64,000 nt of DNA from an uncultured Clostridia bacterium (GTDB taxonomy: Bacteria > Acidobacteriota > Aminicenantia > UBA2199). This document shows, piece by piece, positions 9,234-17,060 of the stretch. The notes under the pieces were generated by a model. The model was not told the DNA's origin. It saw nothing but the letters and a program-made list of their open reading frames with translations, and ran no database searches. A program made the translations under genes and the position numbers. Location of the stretch: contig CAZCVI010000002.1 of NCBI GenBank assembly GCA_964502145.1, positions 117,383 to 181,382 on the forward strand, written 5' to 3'. How positions within the stretch are numbered: position 1 is the first letter of the stretch; every line of letters starts with the position of its first letter.

Positions 9234-9536
9234 GCTTAAAGTATAATCCCAATAGAGGCGAATGTCAAATAAAAAACTTCCCCACGTACCGATGGAAATT
9301 AAGAGGTTAGTTGCGCCAAACTAAGCCCAGGAATTTGGGACATGTCAGTGATTCTCATTATTCTCGTTATTCTTTTTCCTCCCATTCTTCGCATTTTGTC
9401 CTAGGGATTTCCAAACTTTTGGTGGTTGTTCCAGGTGAAACTACAAAACTTGCAGATAAAAGTTGCGTATATTATAGTGCTGATTCTAATGCCTAGTATA
9501 ATATATACTTTTAAAAACGAAATGGAGGTTATAAAT

Positions 9537-11594
9537 ATGGAACTATCTTTTATGATTGCAGGTGGTGTGGGAGTTTTTGTTTTTCTCCTGGTGATTGCAT
9601 CCTTCACTAATATTGGCCCGACCCAGGTGGGGTTAGTGATGAAACGGTTCTCTTTAAAAAAGCTTCCTGGAGATAACCCAATCGCGTTTAATGGGGAAGC
9701 GGGATATCAAGCCAAATTGCTAATGCCAGGGTTGCGTTGGAAGTTTATATTGTTATATCAAGTACGAAAATTCCCCTGGGTGCAAGTACCAGCGGGGGAA
9801 ATCGGCGTGATGATATCCCAGATCGGGGCTGCACTCCCTATCGGTGCCAAATCGGCGTTTTATAAAAACGAGTTCGGGAACTTCTCCGACTTAAAGAATT
9901 TTATCTCCCAAGGCGGCCAAAAAGGTGTGCAACGCCCCGTGCTACCTCCGGGAACATTAATTCCTTTTCATCCGGTGGCGTTCCTGGTAATTACCGCTAA
10001 ACAGGTGTATGGCGTACCAGTAGACCCAGAACTGGTCAGATTGGAAGCCAGAACGGGGCGCTTAATGCCCCAATCTTTTGGTCTTGAACCAGACCAATTA
10101 AAACTGGTGATGATCCAACCGGCACCGCATGGCGAAGGCAGTGAATTGATTGATATGGTGGGTATTGTCACTACCTTGGAAGGAGACCCATTGCCTTCTG
10201 GTGCCATTGCCAGCCGCTTGAATGATTTTTACGATATCCAGGAACTGGAAGACGCAGGCAAAGATGATTCCGCCTTAATCGAAGTCCTGCTGGGTAGTAA
10301 AAATGGCTTGCATAACAATTACCAGGATTATCAGGCTTTCTTGGAAAACGGCGGACGCATCGGATTGCAACATGACCCGTTGTTGTATGGTGCATACGCA
10401 TTGAATCCGTTCCTGGTTCGGGTGGAACGTATGCCCATGCTGGTGGTGAAACAGGGTGAAGTGGCTGTTATTAAAGGGTATGTGGGCTTGCCCACCAAGG
10501 ATACTTCGGGTGATAAGTTCAAGTATGGGTCCCTGGTACGACCTGGCCACCGCGGCATCTGGCAAGAACCGTTACGAACAGGTAAATTCGCTATCAATCC
10601 TCGCTGTTACCAACCCGTGATTGTATCCACGGCTATCCTAACATTGAATTGGGCAGAAGCAGTTTCGCGGGCCCATAACTTGGACCGGCAATTATGTCAA
10701 ATTGAAGCTAAAAGTAATGAAGGATTTGTCTTTAGAATTGATCTGCAAGTGCAGATACATGTGGCCGATACCCATACACCACGGGTGATTTCCATGGTAG
10801 GAACAATGGAAAATCTGGTCAACGAAGTATTGCAAGCAGCAGTAGGAAACCACTTCCGCGATAAATTACAAAGTATGCCCGCGGTTGATTTTATTAAGAA
10901 GAGACAGGAAGTTCAAGAACAAGCGCTTATCCATGTCCGGGATCATCTGGCTTTATATCAGGTGGAAACCCGTGGGGTTTATATTCAAGATGTGGTGTTA
11001 CCCAAAGAGTTGGTCAAGGTGTTAACAGAGCGAGAAATCGCCAATCAGAACATCGAAACCTTCAAAAAAGAAAAAGAAGCAGAAGATCAACGCATCGCCA
11101 AACAGCAGGCCATGGGTACGGCAGACATGCAGTTGGCATTAGCCAAGTCGCAGGTGGAAGTGGAAATCAACACCAACCGGGCCAAAGCCCGCAAAGCAGA
11201 AGCGGATGGTGAAGCCACATACATCGAGAAAACGGGTGCGGCGCATGGTGCCAAAATACGTGCGGTAGGGTTGGCTCGTGCCGAAGGTTACGAGGCACAG
11301 GTCAAAGCGTTGGGGCAAATTCCCACGGCATTAGTTAATGCGATTAATGCTCTGTCTGAAGGCAATATGAAGATCATACCCGATGTTTTAGTCACTGGCG
11401 GTTCAGGTTCTCTGGAAGGTTTGGCTGCGACCCTAATAAAAAAATTCACCCCTAAAGCAGAATATCCCGTGGAAGAGAAGCAAAAAAGCGAAGAAATAAT
11501 GGCCAGAACAGCCGATAGGGCTGAAGATAAAGCCATGGAAGATATCGCTTGGTCAGTAAGACCAGAATTCCCAGAGGAAGTACCCACCGTATAA
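9537..11594 (+). CDS. SPFH/band-7 domain protein, flotillin (YqiK)-like, long form (685 aa)
   Basis: ATG at 9537 with GGAGG at 9524-9528. There is an N-terminal TM helix (FMIAGGVGVFVFLLVIASF), then an SPFH-like core. The C-terminal region is Ala/Glu/Lys-rich, typical of flotillins (EREIANQNIETFKKEKEAEDQRIAKQQA...). Confidence 0.75.
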   Translation: MELSFMIAGGVGVFVFLLVIASFTNIGPTQVGLVMKRFSLKKLPGDNPIAFNGEAGYQAKLLMPGLRWKFILLYQVRKFPWVQVPAGEIGVMISQIGAALPIGAKSAFYKNEFGNFSDLKNFISQGGQKGVQRPVLPPGTLIPFHPVAFLVITAKQVYGVPVDPELVRLEARTGRLMPQSFGLEPDQLKLVMIQPAPHGEGSELIDMVGIVTTLEGDPLPSGAIASRLNDFYDIQELEDAGKDDSALIEVLLGSKNGLHNNYQDYQAFLENGGRIGLQHDPLLYGAYALNPFLVRVERMPMLVVKQGEVAVIKGYVGLPTKDTSGDKFKYGSLVRPGHRGIWQEPLRTGKFAINPRCYQPVIVSTAILTLNWAEAVSRAHNLDRQLCQIEAKSNEGFVFRIDLQVQIHVADTHTPRVISMVGTMENLVNEVLQAAVGNHFRDKLQSMPAVDFIKKRQEVQEQALIHVRDHLALYQVETRGVYIQDVVLPKELVKVLTEREIANQNIETFKKEKEAEDQRIAKQQAMGTADMQLALAKSQVEVEINTNRAKARKAEADGEATYIEKTGAAHGAKIRAVGLARAEGYEAQVKALGQIPTALVNAINALSEGNMKIIPDVLVTGGSGSLEGLAATLIKKFTPKAEYPVEEKQKSEEIMARTADRAEDKAMEDIAWSVRPEFPEEVPTV

Positions 11595-11924
11595 GTAAAA
11601 ATGGTTCAGAGTAAAGGGGCGGTCTTTTGATAAGGTCGCCCCTGTACCTGCACAGATTCCCCGCAGTTGGAGTCTGTTCCGTTTGCGTCATTTTTTCTTA
11701 CCGCCTAAGATTCACCATCGTATATCTATCGGCATACCTTTTTTTAAGAATCTAATCGTGGATTTAGGAAAAAAGTCAATGCCGTCGCGTGAAAAACAGA
11801 AGAAATTAACCCGTTGAAATAACAGGTGGAAATACATGTAATTCAGGTTTGTTTATTGGCATGATCTAAGGCAAAACAAGAAAACAATGCCTGAAAATCT
11901 AGAATAAATATTCATAAAATTTGC

Positions 11925-11953
11925 TTGACTGTTTTTTTTTGCTATGCTACTAT
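11925..11953 (+). promoter_or_regulatory. Putative sigma70-type promoter of the RiPP-like operon (TTGACT-17-TACTAT) with a T9 tract in the spacer
   Basis: TTGACT at 11925-11930, a 17-nt spacer gtttttttttgctatgc, and TACTAT at 11948-11953. It lies about 125 nt upstream of the rSAM gene. Confidence 0.4.
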
Positions 11954-12004
11954 TATTTTTAACCTCTTAAACAAAAACCTAGGTAAAATAAATTGGGTGA
12001 AATA

Positions 12005-12082
12005 ATGCAAGTTAAAAAAAGAGTTGTCAGGCAATGGGAAAACTTTTTCCAGACGACAATTTTCTCGGGTATGTGTAAATGA
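12005..12082 (+). CDS. Candidate small ORF (25 aa, MQVKKRVVRQWENFFQTTIFSGMCK), ATGA-coupled to the rSAM gene
   Basis: Not in the ORF track (shorter than 60 aa). GGGTGA lies 6 nt upstream of the ATG at 12005. Its TGA stop (12080-12082) overlaps the ATG (12079) of the downstream gene. Confidence 0.25.
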   Translation: MQVKKRVVRQWENFFQTTIFSGMCK

Positions 12083-13923
12083 TCGAAGCCAACGAAGTCA
12101 AAAAGCACCTCCTTTCCGTTTTAAAAGGTGAGTCGCTCCTGCTGATTGTTCCACCTTTTGTTAATACGCGGACTCCCATCATGGGTCCTCATATCCTGCA
12201 AACCATTGCCCAACAGCAGGGTTATGCAGTAGATATTCTATATGTGAATCTTCTGCTGGCCTCACTCATTGGTACCCAGTTGGTCGAAAGCATCAGCTAC
12301 GGTCAACCTTTTCGTTTATTAGGCGAGCGTTTATTTGCCCGTAGCGCCTATGGATTACCACCATTGGGAAAATTTCCAGAACTCTGTTTGGACGCGGTGA
12401 AATCGGTGTTCGGCGATAAAGAAGAATATCCCATGGAAGCCTTTGAATACAAGTATTATGAGACAACCGATTTCCAAGCCGATACGTACCACCACCTGGA
12501 AAATATCTGCTATGATCTGGTAACAGAGATATCAGAAACCATTGCGGGTATGAATTATCAGATGGTGGGTTGTTCGAGTAACTGGGAACAAAACAATTGC
12601 TCCATCGCCTTGATCAATGCGATCAAAAAACGTCGACCCGACATTATTACCTTGATGGGCGGCTCCAACTGCGAGGGGGAAATGGCAGAAGGAATTGCTT
12701 CACTCAGCCACTCTATTGATTATATCTTTTCCGGGGAGAGCGATCTTACCTTCCCTGACTTCTTAAAAAAACATAAAGCTGGCCAATTACCCTCGAACCG
12801 GATTATCGTGGGCGAACCGGTTACTGACCTGGATAATATCCCGCTCCCCTGTTATGATAGTTATTTCCAACAATCGCGTTGTTTTTTCGGCGCTCAGCCC
12901 AGCGGAGAAAATATCCTGGCCTATGAAACCAGCCGCGGTTGCTGGTGGGGACAATGTACCTTTTGCGGGCAAAATGGCAAACGGAGCCGTTTTCGCCCCA
13001 AAGCTGCCAAGAAAGTCGCTGCTGAATTGGGTGAAATGAATCGCCAGTACCCGGATAAACGCATTCTGCTCATAGATAAAGTGATGCCCATCTCTATCTA
13101 CAACGAACTGCTCCCCTTGTTAGAGCAAAACGGAGTGACAGCACCCATGAGCTGTGAACACCGGCCAGACCTATCCTTTCAAGAACTGCTGGACTTAAAA
13201 AAAGCCAATGTGAATATCATCAAGTTCGGTATTGAAACGCTGTCCAGCGGATTATTAAAACTAATGAATAAAGGCGTGATTGCCGCGCAGAATATTTCTC
13301 TACTTCGCCATGCTGCGGCCTGCGGCGTGCTAATCGATTGGAATATGCTGTGGGGGTTCCCCAATGACAGGTTAGAACACTACCAGGAGATATTGGAACT
13401 GCTGCCTTTACTCCATCATCTCTGTCCCCCTGCGGTATTTCGTCACCTTAGTTTGGATCGCTTTTCTCCTTATTTCGAGAAGCCCCAGAAATATAATATC
13501 CGTAACCTCCGTCCCTGGGCGGTGAACGATATGGTTTACCCGGAGTGGGCAGATATGGAGAAACTAGCTTACCGCTTCATCGGCGATTATCCCAGTGACT
13601 CTCACGACCACCCAGAAATAATCGGCGCCATCTCCCGAGAAGTGGAAAACTGGCAAGCTTCCAGAAAAGATGCCAAGTTGCATCTGAAGGCTGTCGGTTA
13701 TCATTATATTCTCCAAGATACCCGGAAAATAAAAGCGGGCTGCAAACCCCAATTACTGGATGAAGAACAAGCCAGGGCCGTGATGACACCATCCGCCTAC
13801 AAGACTTCAAGCGGACAAGAATGGGCGGTGACTGAAAAACTGGGGGTAGTGGTGGATGGTTTGTACGTTCCCCTGGTGACCGCTTCCCCAGAATTATTAT
13901 TACACTTTATGGAGGAATCATGA
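12079..13923 (+). CDS. B12-binding-domain radical SAM enzyme, RiPP-maturation C-methyltransferase-like (TIGR03975-like)
   Basis: N-terminal B12-like Rossmann segment (LLLIVPPFVNTRTPIMGPHILQTIAQQQGYAVDILYVNL). Cys cluster SRGCWWGQCTFCGQNG at nt 12940-12966. The architecture and the CWWG motif are typical of the rSAM family associated with NHLP/Nif11 precursors. Confidence 0.8.
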   Translation: MIEANEVKKHLLSVLKGESLLLIVPPFVNTRTPIMGPHILQTIAQQQGYAVDILYVNLLLASLIGTQLVESISYGQPFRLLGERLFARSAYGLPPLGKFPELCLDAVKSVFGDKEEYPMEAFEYKYYETTDFQADTYHHLENICYDLVTEISETIAGMNYQMVGCSSNWEQNNCSIALINAIKKRRPDIITLMGGSNCEGEMAEGIASLSHSIDYIFSGESDLTFPDFLKKHKAGQLPSNRIIVGEPVTDLDNIPLPCYDSYFQQSRCFFGAQPSGENILAYETSRGCWWGQCTFCGQNGKRSRFRPKAAKKVAAELGEMNRQYPDKRILLIDKVMPISIYNELLPLLEQNGVTAPMSCEHRPDLSFQELLDLKKANVNIIKFGIETLSSGLLKLMNKGVIAAQNISLLRHAAACGVLIDWNMLWGFPNDRLEHYQEILELLPLLHHLCPPAVFRHLSLDRFSPYFEKPQKYNIRNLRPWAVNDMVYPEWADMEKLAYRFIGDYPSDSHDHPEIIGAISREVENWQASRKDAKLHLKAVGYHYILQDTRKIKAGCKPQLLDEEQARAVMTPSAYKTSSGQEWAVTEKLGVVVDGLYVPLVTASPELLLHFMEES

Positions 13924-13950
13924 CTCCTCTAAAGAGCTGAAAAAACTACC

Positions 13951-16215
13951 ATGTTAGAAAATCCTATACTGAAACCCTGTTACGGTGCCGAATGTATCGA
14001 CACCGATCACGTCTTGTTAATATCGGAAAAAGACAATGTCTTATTAACCGGGAAACTTTACAACCTGGTACTGTCTGAAATTTGTGGCAGCACGCTTTCG
14101 TTGGCTGAAGTGGTGGACCGATTGCGTGGAAAACTTTCTGAAATGGAAATCTATTTAGCGCTGGAATCTCTGGAAAAGAAAGGGTACATCACTGAAGCTG
14201 CACCAGCACTACCACCAGAAACCTCTGCTTATTGGAGCAGCCAGGGGATGGAGATCAATCGGTTTCTCACGGTTTTGCAGGAAAAGACCATTACCCTTAC
14301 ATCTGTTGGTTCCCTTGCAACCGAATTATTTAGTCAGGCATTCGCTTTAACTGGCCTTAAATGCAGTGAAACCGGGGCGTTGCATGTTTATATTACCGAT
14401 GATTACCAGCGCCATCAGTTTGCCACCATCAATCAGGACGCTCTAAAAACCGGGCAGCCCTGGATGCTGGTTAAACCGGTGGGTGTGGAACTGTGGGTGG
14501 GGCCGATTTTCCTGCCAGGACAAACGGGTTGTTGGGAATGCTTGAAACAGCGCTTGGATATGAACCGTCCTGTAGATGCGTTTTACAAGACCCAGAAAAA
14601 CACCCGTCATCACCTATCTCTTCCCGCTGCTTTTTCCCCGCTTTCCTGGCAAATTGCCGCCAATATGACCGCGCTGGAGATAACCAAATGGCTTTATGCC
14701 GGGCATAATGAGCGGTTGGACGGCAAACTTATTTCTTTTGATACAGCGACCATGAACACCCAATCCCATGTACTGGTCAAACGCCCCCAATGCTCCTCCT
14801 GCGGCGAACCCGGTTATTTACGCGCAGAATCCCTTCCCATTATTCCGGTGCGACGATCGTCTTGCAGTGTGACCGCATTGGGTGGCTACCGCGAAGTAGA
14901 CCCCGAAGCTACTATTGAAAAATACCAGCATCACGTTAGCCCTATTACCGGAGTGATGCCGAAACTGGAACCGTATTACCATGTCAAAGGCACACCATTA
15001 TATAACTACTCTTCGGGTCGCAATATTGCACTGCGCAGTAAATCGTTATTCTGGTTGAACCAGCATCTCCGTAGCGGCAATGGCGGCAAAGGAAAAAATT
15101 GGACCCAGGCCAAAGTCGGGGCATTGTGCGAGGCGGTGGAACGGTATTGTTTCACCTATCACGGTGACGAACCCCATATCACCACCAGTTTAAAGAATTT
15201 AGATGGCAAGGGCATCCATCCCAATACCTGCATGAATTTTAGTGACACCCAATACCAGAATAGGGTAGAGAGTAACCGGAACTGCGGTAAATTTTATTCC
15301 ATGGTGCCTATTCCCTTTGATTCTGCCCGCGAAATGGATTGGACCGCCGTGTATTCGTTGACCCACCAGATGTTCAAGTATCTGCCCTCCTGTTTTTGTT
15401 ATGCCCAATATCCGGCTGAAGATGAATTAAATCTTTTTTCCTATCCAGACAGTAATGGGTGTGCCGCTGGGAATTCCATTGAAGAAGCCATATTACAGGG
15501 TTTTCTCGAACTCGTTGAACGAGATGCTGTGGCATTATGGTGGTACAATATGCCCCGCCGAACCGCCGTGGACCTCTCTAGTTTTAACGAACCTTATTTT
15601 TTACAATTAATAGACTATTATCAGTCATTACAACGAAGTCTTTATGTATTGGATTTAACCTCTGATTTAAACATTCCCACCTTTGGCGCTGTGTCTCATC
15701 AGCTAGATGGTGGCACACAGGATATTATTTTCGGCTTTGGTTCCCACGTGGACGCCCGGATCGCATTGGAAAGAGCACTGGTAGAATTAAACCAACTTTT
15801 ACCCATCGTTGATGGTCCCGAAGTTGATAGAGCCAAAGGGAAATATTTGACCCAGGATAATAACTTTCTCCATTGGTTAAAAACCGCGACCATGGAAAAT
15901 CAACCCTATTTAGCGCCCCAGCAAGACATCGCTCCCAAAACCGCAACGGATTACCCCCAGTTATGTGAACCCACCATCTATGATAGTCTGATGTTCTGTG
16001 TAAATACAGCAGCTCAACACGGCTTGGAAACATTGGTACTTGATTTGACCCGCCCCGACATCGGGCTTAGCGTCGTCAAGATCGTTGTGCCTGGTTTAAG
16101 GCATTTCTGGCAACGTTTGGCACCTGGACGATTGTATGATGTCCCCGTTCAGATTGGCTGGCTGGCTACCCCCCTCCATGAAGCCCAGTTAAATCCCATG
16201 CCTTTATTTATATAA
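13951..16215 (+). CDS. Fused E1-like (leader-binding, RRE-containing)/YcaO cyclodehydratase, PatD/TruD-type
   Basis: N-terminal winged-helix RRE-like segment (LSLAEVVDRLRGKLSEMEIYLALESLEKKGYI). E1-like part with the Zn-tetrad-like CWECLKQRL...CSSCG. YcaO part GKGKNWTQAKVGALCEAVERYC...NGCAAGNSIEEAILQGFLELVERDAVALWWYN. Pro-rich C-terminus LNPMPLFI. Confidence 0.85.
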   Translation: MLENPILKPCYGAECIDTDHVLLISEKDNVLLTGKLYNLVLSEICGSTLSLAEVVDRLRGKLSEMEIYLALESLEKKGYITEAAPALPPETSAYWSSQGMEINRFLTVLQEKTITLTSVGSLATELFSQAFALTGLKCSETGALHVYITDDYQRHQFATINQDALKTGQPWMLVKPVGVELWVGPIFLPGQTGCWECLKQRLDMNRPVDAFYKTQKNTRHHLSLPAAFSPLSWQIAANMTALEITKWLYAGHNERLDGKLISFDTATMNTQSHVLVKRPQCSSCGEPGYLRAESLPIIPVRRSSCSVTALGGYREVDPEATIEKYQHHVSPITGVMPKLEPYYHVKGTPLYNYSSGRNIALRSKSLFWLNQHLRSGNGGKGKNWTQAKVGALCEAVERYCFTYHGDEPHITTSLKNLDGKGIHPNTCMNFSDTQYQNRVESNRNCGKFYSMVPIPFDSAREMDWTAVYSLTHQMFKYLPSCFCYAQYPAEDELNLFSYPDSNGCAAGNSIEEAILQGFLELVERDAVALWWYNMPRRTAVDLSSFNEPYFLQLIDYYQSLQRSLYVLDLTSDLNIPTFGAVSHQLDGGTQDIIFGFGSHVDARIALERALVELNQLLPIVDGPEVDRAKGKYLTQDNNFLHWLKTATMENQPYLAPQQDIAPKTATDYPQLCEPTIYDSLMFCVNTAAQHGLETLVLDLTRPDIGLSVVKIVVPGLRHFWQRLAPGRLYDVPVQIGWLATPLHEAQLNPMPLFI

Positions 16216-16322
16216 ATAAGGATCGTAGATCATGTTGTGTACTATTTTCAACGTATTATCCAATAACTTTGGCGTAACACATAAGAAAAATAAAATATAA
16301 ACCAAACAAAGGAGATTTAGCC

Positions 16323-16820
16323 ATGAAAGAGAAAAATTTTACGATTACCGAAAACACGAAACCGCAGGATGTAAAAAAAATCAGGGACATTTATACCAAT
16401 TACCTGAGAGTCATGCTCAAGTGTGCTGAAGACCAAGCTTATTTTGTAGAATTTCAGAAGAACACCCGTGATATCCTGGTCAATGAAGTAGGGATGACCA
16501 TCCCGGAAGGAGTCCCAATTGTTCTTGATGACAATGTAAGATGGGCATCACTGGTCTTAAATGCAAAAGGTGCCGATGGTAGCAATTATGTGGTAAAAGA
16601 AATGGAACTGGGTATCAAAGCCTATGAAACTTGGGCTGATGGAGAACTTGAAGCGTCTATTACCCAACTTACCCATGAAGCCTGCGTTGAAGTTGATATT
16701 AAAGCCGAATTCAAGAATTTTACACCAGCAATTCGTATCCCATTTATTGATGTAACCAAGGATTTACTGGGTGAAATTAGCTTTAATAAGAAGACTGAAA
16801 TCGTTTTAACTTGTTGCTAG
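16323..16820 (+). CDS. NHLP (nitrile-hydratase-alpha-like leader) family RiPP precursor candidate, 165 aa, C-terminus ...EIVLTCC
   Basis: AAGGAG RBS 8 nt upstream. Residues ~30-85 (MLKCAEDQAYFVEFQKNTRDILVNEVGMTIPEGVPIVLDDNVRWASLVLNA) follow the NHLP pattern (A..D..F...L......L.E.G...PEGV...V.......LVL). It lies directly downstream of the rSAM and YcaO genes. Confidence 0.65.
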   Translation: MKEKNFTITENTKPQDVKKIRDIYTNYLRVMLKCAEDQAYFVEFQKNTRDILVNEVGMTIPEGVPIVLDDNVRWASLVLNAKGADGSNYVVKEMELGIKAYETWADGELEASITQLTHEACVEVDIKAEFKNFTPAIRIPFIDVTKDLLGEISFNKKTEIVLTCC

Positions 16821-16833
16821 CCGTTGTTGATTT

Positions 16834-16871
16834 AGTGGGCTTCCCGGTTTTTTTTTATCAGGAAGCCCACT
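16834..16871 (+). terminator. 11-bp perfect inverted repeat after the precursor gene (putative terminator/processing hairpin; T9 tract lies in the loop)
   Basis: agtgggcttcc (16834-16844) and ggaagcccact (16861-16871) with loop cggtttttttttatca. Confidence 0.4.
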
Positions 16872-16969
16872 GCGGACTCTGTAAAAAGAAGACTTTTATT
16901 AAACGTGGCTCTTGTTTGGGCATTGACTGATCTTAATTAATAATTTATACTTTAGTATACTTTTTATAT

Positions 16970-17034
16970 TATACTTATTTTCGTGTACTTATTTTCGTGT
17001 ACTTATTTTGTTGTATTTATTAGTGTATTTTTCT
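16970..17034 (+). repeat. ~14-bp degenerate tandem repeat (TGTACTTATTTTCG, ~4.5 units) upstream of the kinase gene
   Basis: tatacttattttcg tgtacttattttcg tgtacttattttgt tgtatttattag tgtatttttctg. Confidence 0.8.
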
Positions 17035-17060
17035 GTAGAAGAACTTTTACGAGGTGAAAT

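Noticed and set aside
8675-9310. The 211-aa + strand ORF spans the mazEF-like locus.
   Set aside because: It is antisense to two well-supported TA genes, and its translation is low-complexity.
16233-16301. A 22-aa ORF (MLCTIFNVLSNNFGVTHKKNKI) lies between the YcaO and precursor genes and could be an extra precursor.
   Set aside because: It has no RBS, it sits in the AT-rich spacer that carries the RBS of the 165-aa gene, and its composition looks non-coding.
16323-16820. The 165-aa ORF could be a genuine nitrile hydratase alpha subunit, since its C-terminal TCC is reminiscent of the C(S/T)LCSC metal site.
   Set aside because: It is too short, there is no CxLCSC motif, and no beta-subunit gene is present. 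The similarity is confined to the NHLP leader-like segment. The genomic context (YcaO + rSAM) fits a RiPP precursor.
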